Below, piece after piece: positions 41,139 to 49,830 of a DNA stretch of 54,185 bases. Location: positions 1 to 54,185 of the forward strand of contig JAURGC010000001.1 in assembly GCA_030833985.1 (NCBI GenBank), given 5' to 3'. The position numbers and the translations under genes were made by a program. Every line of letters begins with the position of its first letter. The first letter of the stretch is position 1. The notes beneath the pieces are model-generated. The model saw only the letters and a program-made list of their open reading frames with translations, was not told the DNA's origin and made no database searches. The DNA is from Algoriphagus sp. GTDB lineage: Bacteria > Bacteroidota > Bacteroidia > Cytophagales > Cyclobacteriaceae.

Positions 41139-41244
41139 TGTAAGGCAAAAAAATGAGATTTTTTTCTCAATTAGTTAGGAAAATAAAACAAAAATTTACT
41201 CAGCGTAGTTTTGTTTTTTGAAGGTTCGATTCCTTCCCTTACAA
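41139..41244 (+). ncRNA. tRNA-like RNA 1 (acceptor stem and T arm, non-canonical AT-rich body)
   Basis: TGTAAGG (41139-45) pairs with CCTTACA (41237-43); GAAGG-TTCGATT-CCTTC T arm (41220-36); two internal hairpins; own promoter and terminator. Confidence 0.65.
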
Positions 41245-41275
41245 CAGGTTATTTTGGGTTTATTGTTAATTGACT

Positions 41276-41307
41276 AAAACCATGAAATTTTATTTCATGG
41301 TTTTTTT
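41276..41307 (+). terminator. Terminator of tRNA-like RNA 1
   Basis: AAAACCATGAAAT-ttt-ATTTCATGGTTTTTTT. Confidence 0.8.
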
Positions 41308-41467
41308 ATTTGCCTACCTGTATGAATTTAAATTTTCAAGACGGCATTTTAGGCATCAATTTTCAAGTTATATTTATCAATACAATAAAAAAAATGTCAT
41401 TTAAATAAAAATACAATAAAAAAATCAACAAAACATTAAATAAATTTTAAAATAATAACCTTTTTTA

Positions 41468-41475
41468 TACATTTG
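41468..41475 (+). promoter_or_regulatory. -7 element for tRNA-like RNA 2
   Basis: TACATTTG followed by cttCTGTTG. Confidence 0.65.
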
Positions 41476-41532
41476 CTTCTGTTGCCATTAAGGGGAACAA
41501 AGTAAGTGTACTAATTATTTAAAAAAATACCT

Positions 41533-41671
41533 TGTAGGGTGTTGAAATTGGCAGACAAGCCCTCCTGTCTCGGGGGTGGGGATGCCGGTCATTAGATCGG
41601 AACGGGATAAAGCATGTTTCAACTAGAGTATGCCTAACTGCCGCGTGGAGGTTCGAATCCTTCCCCTACAG
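41533..41671 (+). tRNA. Atypical tRNA or tRNA-like RNA 2: GUC anticodon, class-II D arm, 70-nt variable region
   Basis: Acceptor TGTAGGG/CCCTACA, G73; D arm TTG-AAATTGGCAGA-CAA; anticodon arm CCCTC-CTGTCTC-GGGGG; T arm GGAGG-TTCGAAT-CCTTC. Confidence 0.8.
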
Positions 41672-41677
41672 CAATTT

Positions 41678-41704
41678 AAAAAGCAGCCAATTGGCTGCTT
41701 TTTT
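41678..41704 (+). terminator. Terminator of tRNA-like RNA 2
   Basis: AAAAAGCAGCCAA/TTGGCTGCTTTTTT. Confidence 0.85.
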
Positions 41705-41750
41705 CGTATAAGGGATATTAGTTGGTATATTTAATCCATATTACTTTTAT

Positions 41751-44700
41751 ATGGGGACCAAGTCTACTTCTCAGGAAAATCCCAAAAGGTCTGCCTTACG
41801 GAAAAGCGTGTTAAGAGTACTAGGGTTGTCCTTGCTTACGATTTTAACCCTAGAGTTTACCCTCTATTTTGGATCGAACCTTTTCCTAGGTAACCTCCTC
41901 CGAAAAAAATTAAATAACTCCTTCAATGGGGTTTACGAACTGGAATTTAACCGTGTTCATCTATCACTGATTCGTCGAGGAATAATTTTTGATGGGATTG
42001 TTATGCAGCCTATTCATCTTGAAAAGGCTACTTCTGAACAGGTTATATTTGAGTTGACCTTAGATGAACTTTCATTTACTGGCCTCTGGTATGGACTTCA
42101 AAATCAAGAGTTGTACGTTCGTGAAGTTCAGCTAAACCGTCCAAATTTTAAAGTAGTATCCTCCCCAAACGACTCTCTTTCACAACAAGACAAAGGTTCT
42201 CAAAGCGAGGTTCGTTCCCCGATTGCACTCTTGGAGAATGAATTAAGGAAAAGTATCCAAAAATTACCACTGGCTGGTATTTATGTTGGAAGAGTTTTTG
42301 TAAATCAAGCCCAAGTATTTTTTTTAAATTTTTTAAGTCAACAAGAACTGCTGGCTAAAGAAGCTTCTTTTACAGCTTTGGACATGCATTGGACTCCAAC
42401 CCAAACTTGGGAAACCCCCTTTAATGCACGAGGGTTCGAATTTGCATTGGAGGGAGTTACTTACGCTTTGCCTGATGGCATACACCAGATTTCATCAAAA
42501 AAAGTCATTATTTCTTCTCTTGAGGAGACCATAGATCTTCAAGAATTTAAATTGGTTCCAGACCTAAGTCAATCTAGCTCCTCCTACTATTCCTTAGCAT
42601 TGGCTAAGCTTCACCTTCAGCAAGTTGACTTAAATGAGGCCTTTAGGTCTGCAAAGCTTGATTTGGAAGAACTTGTTTTGGATGAGCCGCAAATAGAAGT
42701 GATTCAATCTTCCTTTTCGGTCGCTCCATCACAAGTATCTGGGGATTTACATGCATTCATTCGAGGTAAATTAAATCAGTTCACCATCAAAGAATTCGCT
42801 ATCCAAAACGGCAGTTTTTTAAAAAAAGAAAAAGAAGATTCGCTTCGAAATCGAATCCAATTGCATGACCTTGATTTAAAAATGACAAATTTTTACTTAG
42901 GTCAAGATTCTCTGAGAAGGGAGCATCAATTTTTTTATGGCTCAGATGCTTCCCTAGCTGTTGGACATGCTGTGCTCTTTTTGGGAGATGGAGTTCATCG
43001 TGTAGAAGGCGAGAATCTAGAGGCCTCCACATTTAAGAATGAGCTGACTGGAACCAAAATCAAGCTCATGCCAAGAGATTTGTCTTCTCTTAAAGAATTC
43101 AATCAGCCTAGTTATCAATTGGATCTGGCAGAGTTTACCTTTGGTAAGGTAGATTTGAAAAAGTGGTACAGTAAAGGAGAATTGGAGATTGAAACCTTGA
43201 TCTTAAAAAAACCTCAGCTACTAATTCGAGAAACCCATCTCTCCCAACCAAATTCTGAAAATACCTCTTTTATTCCCTTACTTAATGGGATAGTAAATCG
43301 TGTTGCAATACAATCATTCAAAATTGAGGAGGGAACCCTAGTACTGAATGAAGAATCGGGGGTCAAGAGTAATGACTTGGATTTAGGTAAGTTTAGTCTT
43401 GCCTTGGAGAAATTGCAGCTCGAACCAAAAGAGGAGGCGACAGCTATTCAGCAACAACTTCAATTTGCAGAGGTGTTGCTGACCTTATACGATTACCGGC
43501 TTAAACTTCGAGACAACCTCCACGAGTTTTTAGCAGAAGAGCTAAGCATCGATTCAAAAAGTGAACGGTTAGAAATTAAAAATCTAAGGATACAACCTGC
43601 CGATTCTACTCAAATTGAGGAGCAACTGCAGGTATTGGGAAAAACAACTGCGGTAAATTTCACAGTACCACTTTTTCGAGCCAATGGAGTAGGTTTTGTG
43701 GAGGCCTTATTCGAGCAGAAGTTAAGACTGAATCACCTTCAATTGGATTTTCCACGAGTCCATTGGTCAACCTATCGATCCAAGGAAACTAAGGCTTCTG
43801 AAAATGTACTAGGTTCGGCAGAGGACCTTAAAGCCCTTTTATTGGGTTATTTTGAGGATATCGAGGTGGATTCAGTTTCGATCTCCAATGCAAAAATCAG
43901 GTATGTGAATAGGACAAAAGAAGCAGTGACCAAGTTTGAAGAGGATCAACTTTTTTTCACATTAAAGAATTTTGCACTTCACAAAAAAGGCAATCTTTTT
44001 GAAAACCGTGCCTTATTTTCAGATGAGGTAAATTTAACTTTCAATTCCTATACATTTAGTCTAGCGGGAGGAAAATACCTGGTTGATACGGATTTCCTCA
44101 ACTACAACTCTCGGACACGATCCTTGGATTTTGAAAACTTGAGGCTCCTACCTGGAAAAGTGGCAGATCGCCGACTAGCTTTGGGGTTCAATTTTCCAAA
44201 GGTTTCATTTCGAGGAGTAAATTTGGAGGAATTTATTTTTGATAACGTACTGGATCTTGAAAAGTTAGAAATTGATGGGGGAGAAATCTCAGTGGGGTTG
44301 GACCCGCAGGTACGTCTGCTAAGTAAACTAGCCTTAAAAAGAAAAAACTTAGCCTTGGAACGTGCAGTGGAGCGGATACATATTGACACCATTTCTTCGG
44401 AAAATGCTACTTTACAGCTTAATTTTTTGGACCAAAATCAATCAAAAAAGGGGATAAAAACGGGCTTTGGTCTCTACATCACCCAGTTTGACTTAGATAG
44501 CCTTCGAGTCCGAACTCAGGATCTTTCCAAAACTTACCAAGGGGTTAATTTGGGGCTCACCAACTTTGAATTCACCCTTCCCGATAGTGTTCATACGCTT
44601 AAATTTGATGCATTTGGATTTGGGGATAATCAAGAAGAATTGATTTTTTCAGGATTGAGTATTCACCCTAAAAACACTTCAGGTACCTCAGGAATTCCTG

Positions 44701-46112
44701 TCTTTGATGGGAAAATTGAACGGGTGTTACTCAAGAAAAATAGCATGCTGGATATTTTGAATACCAAGAAGGTAGACTTACGGGAAGTGCGAATTCAAAA
44801 CCCGAGCCTTTCTATTTTCTTGGATAGTTTGCCAGTTCCCAAGGCAAATGGGTTGAATGTAGTCCAAGAAAAACCAGCCCGATTCATCCAATCCCTCGTA
44901 CTAGGTGATCTTGTAGTGGAAAATGGAAAGTTTGATTTTTTCAGAAAAGGGGGGCAAGCACTACCAAATCTTAGTTTTCCTCAGGTGGATGCTAGATTAG
45001 CTCAGTTGGGTATTGATGCATTATCAATAGGGCAACTTCCCACCTGGCAAGCGCTCTTCTCAAAAATCTCTTCGTTTAGCTTAAATAACTACCAAGCGTA
45101 CCTGCAGGATAGTGCCTACCTCCTTTGGGTGGATCGACTTCAATTTATAGATCAGGACCTTTCTGTACATGGGCTAAATTATCGTCCTGTAAAGGGGATT
45201 TATGGGTATTTGAGCAGTCTGCCTTTTCAACAGGAGGCAGTAACTGCCCGGATTAAGGAACTTGAATTTCAAGGGATAGAACTACAAAAATTAGGGAAAG
45301 AGTACCTGATCAAAGGGGATCTTTTAAGTCTTGAAAACGCAAGAGTAGATCTTTTTAGGGACAAAAGAAAGCCTATGGATCCACTGATGTACAAGCCCAT
45401 GCCTCAATACTTAGTAGGACACGCGCCATTGAATTTGGATCTATCTTCTTTTCAGGTCCGTGATAGTCGCTTGCGGTATTGGGAGTTTGGAGAAAAGTCC
45501 ACGCTACCTGGAAGGGTGGCTTTCCAGAATGTCCAACTGGATTTGGCTCCTCTTTTTCTTCGTCAAGGACAACCGTATCCGATCAGTTCGCTTCGTTTAG
45601 GTATTTCCGCTCAAATGAGTGATAGTAGCCAGATTCAGGTCCGTAGTCAGTTGTATTTTGAACAAGACAATCCTATGGAAGTGGAGGTAGAGTTGGACCG
45701 CTTTGCTTTTGCGGAGGTAGAGGATTTTCTTTCAAAAACAGCATTTGTAAGGCCAATTGCAGGAGGAGTTACTCATGGGATATGGCAATTTCGCTTGGAT
45801 GAGCAGGTGGCAGTGGGGAATATGGTATTGGGCTATGAAGACCTAAAATTTCAATTTTTGGATAGTTTAACCCTAGAGCCGGGTAAGGGTAAATTGAAAT
45901 TGTATTCGTTCTTAGCCAATAACTGGGCGAAGAAATCAAATCCAACAGCAGGGACTACTGCTAGTCGACGTAGGGAAATTTACCAACTAAGGGATACCCA
46001 AAGGTCGGTAGTGAATGCCTGGTGGAAAGCTACTTATGTTGGATTAAAAAGTTCATTCGGATTTGGAAAGTCAAAGGCCCCAAAAAATATCCGAAAAGAA
46101 GACGATAATTAA
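41751..46112 (+). CDS. Large membrane-anchored beta-rich repeat protein (AsmA/DUF748-like)
   Basis: 1453-aa ORF, single N-terminal TM, about six internal repeats with a 'Y/F-x-L-x-D-x2-H/Y' motif and 'L-x2-P-x-I' strands. Confidence 0.65.
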   Translation: MGTKSTSQENPKRSALRKSVLRVLGLSLLTILTLEFTLYFGSNLFLGNLLRKKLNNSFNGVYELEFNRVHLSLIRRGIIFDGIVMQPIHLEKATSEQVIFELTLDELSFTGLWYGLQNQELYVREVQLNRPNFKVVSSPNDSLSQQDKGSQSEVRSPIALLENELRKSIQKLPLAGIYVGRVFVNQAQVFFLNFLSQQELLAKEASFTALDMHWTPTQTWETPFNARGFEFALEGVTYALPDGIHQISSKKVIISSLEETIDLQEFKLVPDLSQSSSSYYSLALAKLHLQQVDLNEAFRSAKLDLEELVLDEPQIEVIQSSFSVAPSQVSGDLHAFIRGKLNQFTIKEFAIQNGSFLKKEKEDSLRNRIQLHDLDLKMTNFYLGQDSLRREHQFFYGSDASLAVGHAVLFLGDGVHRVEGENLEASTFKNELTGTKIKLMPRDLSSLKEFNQPSYQLDLAEFTFGKVDLKKWYSKGELEIETLILKKPQLLIRETHLSQPNSENTSFIPLLNGIVNRVAIQSFKIEEGTLVLNEESGVKSNDLDLGKFSLALEKLQLEPKEEATAIQQQLQFAEVLLTLYDYRLKLRDNLHEFLAEELSIDSKSERLEIKNLRIQPADSTQIEEQLQVLGKTTAVNFTVPLFRANGVGFVEALFEQKLRLNHLQLDFPRVHWSTYRSKETKASENVLGSAEDLKALLLGYFEDIEVDSVSISNAKIRYVNRTKEAVTKFEEDQLFFTLKNFALHKKGNLFENRALFSDEVNLTFNSYTFSLAGGKYLVDTDFLNYNSRTRSLDFENLRLLPGKVADRRLALGFNFPKVSFRGVNLEEFIFDNVLDLEKLEIDGGEISVGLDPQVRLLSKLALKRKNLALERAVERIHIDTISSENATLQLNFLDQNQSKKGIKTGFGLYITQFDLDSLRVRTQDLSKTYQGVNLGLTNFEFTLPDSVHTLKFDAFGFGDNQEELIFSGLSIHPKNTSGTSGIPVFDGKIERVLLKKNSMLDILNTKKVDLREVRIQNPSLSIFLDSLPVPKANGLNVVQEKPARFIQSLVLGDLVVENGKFDFFRKGGQALPNLSFPQVDARLAQLGIDALSIGQLPTWQALFSKISSFSLNNYQAYLQDSAYLLWVDRLQFIDQDLSVHGLNYRPVKGIYGYLSSLPFQQEAVTARIKELEFQGIELQKLGKEYLIKGDLLSLENARVDLFRDKRKPMDPLMYKPMPQYLVGHAPLNLDLSSFQVRDSRLRYWEFGEKSTLPGRVAFQNVQLDLAPLFLRQGQPYPISSLRLGISAQMSDSSQIQVRSQLYFEQDNPMEVEVELDRFAFAEVEDFLSKTAFVRPIAGGVTHGIWQFRLDEQVAVGNMVLGYEDLKFQFLDSLTLEPGKGKLKLYSFLANNWAKKSNPTAGTTASRRREIYQLRDTQRSVVNAWWKATYVGLKSSFGFGKSKAPKNIRKEDDN

Positions 46113-46151
46113 ACCTTAAAAGCAAAATCGCCTTCTAAACTTGATCATTAC

Positions 46152-46180
46152 AAAAAAAGGAGTCAAAAAGACTCCTTTTT
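46152..46180. terminator. Bidirectional terminator
   Basis: AAAAAAAGGAGTC-aaaaa-GACTCCTTTTT between convergent genes. Confidence 0.85.
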
Positions 46181-46200
46181 ATAGTTGCAGTTGGATTGAC

Positions 46201-47982
46201 TTAGCCATTCATACTGATCAAGAATTCCGCATTGTCACGCGTTCCTTTCATACGCTGAAGTAGAAATTCCATGGATTCTTGAGAAGTCATGTCACTCATT
46301 AGTTTCCTTAATATCCAAACACGCTGCATTTCTTCTTTATCCATCAATAAGTCTTCTCTACGTGTTCCAGAGCTAAGGACATCAATTGCAGGATAAATTC
46401 TACGATTCGCCAATTTACGGTCTAGGGCCAATTCCATGTTTCCTGTACCTTTGAATTCTTCAAAGATAACCTCATCCATTTTTGATCCAGTTTCTACCAA
46501 TGCGGTAGCAATGATGGTTAAGGAACCGCCATTTTCCACATTTCGTGCAGCACCAAAGAAACGCTTCGGTTTGTGTAGTGCATTGGCATCCACTCCTCCG
46601 GAAAGGATTTTGCCTGAGCTAGGGACAACAGTATTGTGAGCTCTAGCTAGGCGAGTTATGGAATCCAACAGGATGACCACATCGTGTCCTACTTCTACCA
46701 TTCGTTTTGCTTTTTCAAGCACGATGTTTGCCACTTTTACATGGCGTTCCGCTTGTTCATCAAAGGTAGACGAGATGACTTCTGCATTCACAGATCTTGC
46801 CATGTCAGTCACTTCTTCAGGGCGCTCATCAATGAGTAAGATCATGAGATGCACTTCGGGGTGATTTACTGTAATCGCATTTGCTATTTGCTGTAAGAGT
46901 ACAGTTTTACCTGTTTTGGGCTGAGCAACAATCATTCCACGCTGTCCTTTCCCAATTGGAGCAAATAAGTCTAGTATTCGGGTGGAATAGCCATCTGTTT
47001 TTGTCGACAAGTTTAATCGTTCTTCAGGAAACAATGGAGTCAAATATTCAAAAGGAACTCGATCTCTAATTTCGTCAGTGGTTTTGCCATTCACCGTATT
47101 GATTTTCAGAAGGGCAAAATATTTTTCTCCTTCTTTTGGTGGGCGGATGGTTCCTTTAATATGGTCGCCTGTTTTTAGTCCGAAGTGCTTGATTTGACTT
47201 GGAGACACGTAAATATCGTCTGGGGAAGCGAGGTAATTGTAGTCCAAGGAACGAAGGAAGGCATAGCCATCTTGAACAATCTCCAATACACCTTCATTTT
47301 CAATAACGCCATCAAATTCTCTAGGACTTATGAAGGGCTTTTTACGGGCATTGTTGGGAAGCATTTCTCCGGTAGAACTAGTTGCCTCTTCTGGGGAATT
47401 GAAATTTTTTCTTCTGGGAAGCTGTACTTCTTCACGGTCCTGATTTGCTCCTTCTTGGCTTGCTGGTAGGGGTTCATTGCCTCCATTTTCCTTGGGGGCC
47501 TCAACCTCAATCACCCGCCTACGAGGTTTAAACGATTTAGGTTCCTCTGAAGAATCACTTAGAGGAGCTCTTCGCTCAGGTCGAGGAGTAAATTCTTTGA
47601 CAGGTTTTACAAAGGGCTTCGGTGATTTCTCTTCTGTTGGAATAGATGGGCGCTCTTCTTCCTTGGCTGGCAATGGGCTAAGCTCCGGGATTTCATTGAC
47701 GTTTTGTCTTCTAAATTTGGGTTTGAATTCCGTTGGTTCTTCTGGAGATTCCTGGGAGGATCCTGTTGGAGATTCTATTTTCTCTTCTTCCGCCGTTCCA
47801 TTTTCCACAATGGAAGGCTTTTTCTTTGGAAGTGCTTGCTCTGGGATAATTGCTTGCTGGTCCAGAATGGCATACACGAGTTCGTCTTTTTTCAAAGATT
47901 TGGAGTTTTTCACTCCAAGTTCCTCAGCAATCTCTTTCAATTCAGATAAAAGTCTGATTCTGAGTTCTTCTATGTTGTACAT
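46201..47982 (-). CDS. rho: Transcription termination factor Rho with N-terminal insertion
   Basis: [56 protein letters not shown]. Confidence 0.98.
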   Translation of the reverse strand: MYNIEELRIRLLSELKEIAEELGVKNSKSLKKDELVYAILDQQAIIPEQALPKKKPSIVENGTAEEEKIESPTGSSQESPEEPTEFKPKFRRQNVNEIPELSPLPAKEEERPSIPTEEKSPKPFVKPVKEFTPRPERRAPLSDSSEEPKSFKPRRRVIEVEAPKENGGNEPLPASQEGANQDREEVQLPRRKNFNSPEEATSSTGEMLPNNARKKPFISPREFDGVIENEGVLEIVQDGYAFLRSLDYNYLASPDDIYVSPSQIKHFGLKTGDHIKGTIRPPKEGEKYFALLKINTVNGKTTDEIRDRVPFEYLTPLFPEERLNLSTKTDGYSTRILDLFAPIGKGQRGMIVAQPKTGKTVLLQQIANAITVNHPEVHLMILLIDERPEEVTDMARSVNAEVISSTFDEQAERHVKVANIVLEKAKRMVEVGHDVVILLDSITRLARAHNTVVPSSGKILSGGVDANALHKPKRFFGAARNVENGGSLTIIATALVETGSKMDEVIFEEFKGTGNMELALDRKLANRRIYPAIDVLSSGTRREDLLMDKEEMQRVWILRKLMSDMTSQESMEFLLQRMKGTRDNAEFLISMNG

Positions 47983-48184
47983 AAAGAGGGGATCAAATAA
48001 TTAGGATCGATAAAATGTGGTTTTGGGATCGTAAATAATTTTCTGTGCCAAAAAGTGCTGCAGGAAAAGTTCTAGCTAGTGTGAGCCGAATGCTTTATTT
48101 ACGTATTGTCTGCAATATTACTTGTTGAAGTTGGATTTAACAAATTTTTCTTTTTTTCAAATCCATACATCTGTTTATTAGGGC

Positions 48185-48874
48185 TCAGTGAAGGAGCTGC
48201 CGAATGATTTGAAGTGATTTTAAAGGTTTAGGTTGTGCTAGGTGATGGGAATGGAATTCTACCAAGTGGTCCAACAATTTGCGACGAAGGGAAATGGAAA
48301 GGGAAGACTTTGGAAAATAGGAATGGGTCAGTAAATCGTTGAGGTAGGGTAATACTAGTGAAAGTTCCTCAGGATTAAAGGGATGGTGCATGCTTTCTAC
48401 CAAAAATCCATCTGCAAGGTCTGGAGCAAATCCAAGGTGTTTTGCATTTTCAAGTAAAAAGACGAGGGGAAAATGAGCTAAGGGGGTATTGGAGTGGTCT
48501 AAAATGGAAATACTTTCCTGTAAGAAATCAAATAATTCTTCATTTTGATAGCCTTCAAGAATACTTCGATGAATAACTTCTGTTGCGAAGAGTGCTAGGC
48601 TTGTTCGGACCATATCAAAGGGGATGTTTCGCTGGGGCTGCTTGATTTTAGCTTCTGAAATTCGCTGTAATCCAGGATTTTCCTTTTCGTATACCACTAG
48701 CTCAAGGAGGGTAAGCGGCTGGTATAAGGCTATTTTACTTCCCTTTCCGAGACTCCTTACCCCATGGACCAAATATCCCTTGAGTCCAAGTTCGCGTGTA
48801 AAAATCCGGACAATAATGCTACTGTCCTTGTATTTAATGTGGTTCAATACGATGCCGAGCGTTTTTTTAAGCAT
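48185..48874 (-). CDS. recO: DNA repair protein RecO
   Basis: KTLGIVLNHIKYKDSSIIVRIFTRELG, YQPLTLLELV, LKSLQII. Confidence 0.9.
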   Translation of the reverse strand: MLKKTLGIVLNHIKYKDSSIIVRIFTRELGLKGYLVHGVRSLGKGSKIALYQPLTLLELVVYEKENPGLQRISEAKIKQPQRNIPFDMVRTSLALFATEVIHRSILEGYQNEELFDFLQESISILDHSNTPLAHFPLVFLLENAKHLGFAPDLADGFLVESMHHPFNPEELSLVLPYLNDLLTHSYFPKSSLSISLRRKLLDHLVEFHSHHLAQPKPLKSLQIIRQLLH

Positions 48875-48881
48875 AAAGGGA

Positions 48882-49469
48882 TTATTGGCCTAGGTCTTCG
48901 TAGAAGCATTTTCTACAACGGGCTTCGTAACTTTCTTTTTCGCCGAGGACTACTTTTTCCTTTAGCGCAGAAAGCCGAAAGGAAAAAGCAGCCAAATCTC
49001 CACATTTCATACAAATGGCATGTACTTTAGTCACGTATTCGGCGATTGCCATTAGTTTAGGCATGGGGTCAAAAGGGTTGCCTTCAAAGTCCATATCCAA
49101 TCCAGCAAGGATAACTCGCTTTCCTTGGTTGGCAAGTAACTGGACCACACGCACGATATCCTCATCAAAGAATTGAGCTTCATCAATGCCAACCACATCA
49201 CAGGTTCCGCTGAGTAGTAGAATATCTCCGGCAAAGGATACAGGAGTAGATCGTATGCTCGTTTCGTTGTGTGATACAATATGCATTTCATCGTAGCGCG
49301 TATCCACCTTAGGTTTGAATATTTCCACTTGTTGTTTTGCCAATCGTGCTCGTGTAAGTCTACGAATCAATTCTTCTGTTTTCCCTGAAAACATAGAGCC
49401 ACAAATGACTTCTATTTGCCCTTTCTGTTCGGCATGTTTTTTTCGGATGGGCGAGGGCTCAATAAACAT
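48882..49469 (-). CDS. tdk: Thymidine kinase
   Basis: [32 protein letters not shown]...CRKC Zn site. Confidence 0.96.
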   Translation of the reverse strand: MFIEPSPIRKKHAEQKGQIEVICGSMFSGKTEELIRRLTRARLAKQQVEIFKPKVDTRYDEMHIVSHNETSIRSTPVSFAGDILLLSGTCDVVGIDEAQFFDEDIVRVVQLLANQGKRVILAGLDMDFEGNPFDPMPKLMAIAEYVTKVHAICMKCGDLAAFSFRLSALKEKVVLGEKESYEARCRKCFYEDLGQ

Positions 49470-49471
49470 AC

Positions 49472-49798
49472 TTATTCGGTATACATTAAATGGGGAAACT
49501 TATAGGGGTCTAAGACCTTAATGGTTAGAGATTTTTTCAGTAGTTGCGTTTGACAGGCCAATCGTTCCGAAGGAGCCAACCTTCCCAATGATCTAAATTG
49601 CAGTTCCTGAGGTGTTTCTAAACTTAAATTTTCTAATCCTTCTAAAATAAGCATTTTGCAAGTAGTGCACCTTCCTTTTTTGCCACAGGCATGCATCCAA
49701 TCTATTCCATTTTCATGAATTATTTCAATAACTTTACGTGAAGTATCTGCTGAATCTATGCGTTTATTTGCAAGATTTTGAATGCAAATCTGAACCAT
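49472..49798 (-). CDS. 2Fe-2S ferredoxin-like protein
   Basis: [12 protein letters not shown]...RLACQ. Confidence 0.9.
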   Translation of the reverse strand: MVQICIQNLANKRIDSADTSRKVIEIIHENGIDWMHACGKKGRCTTCKMLILEGLENLSLETPQELQFRSLGRLAPSERLACQTQLLKKSLTIKVLDPYKFPHLMYTE

Positions 49799-49830
49799 CA
49801 CTTTGTTTTTTTTGAAAACTACCTGCTTTT

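Noticed and set aside
41220-41246. tRNA 3'-end duplication as an att site of an integrated element
   Set aside because: The copy lies upstream, is not identical, and has its own complementary 5' strand with a compensatory change, plus a promoter and terminator. No integrase is nearby.
41533-41671. Ordinary tRNA-Asp with an intron, tmRNA, tRNA-Sec or Y RNA
   Set aside because: The extra sequence is in the variable arm, not the anticodon loop, and is far too short for a group I or II intron. There is no G3-U70 pair or tag ORF as in tmRNA, and no UCA anticodon or extended acceptor stem as in tRNA-Sec. The acceptor ends are free and no Ro60 gene is in the window.
47477-48004. 175-aa ORF antisense to rho, and other short ORFs nested in or opposite long genes
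   Set aside because: Shadow ORFs of well-supported genes, with no family motifs.
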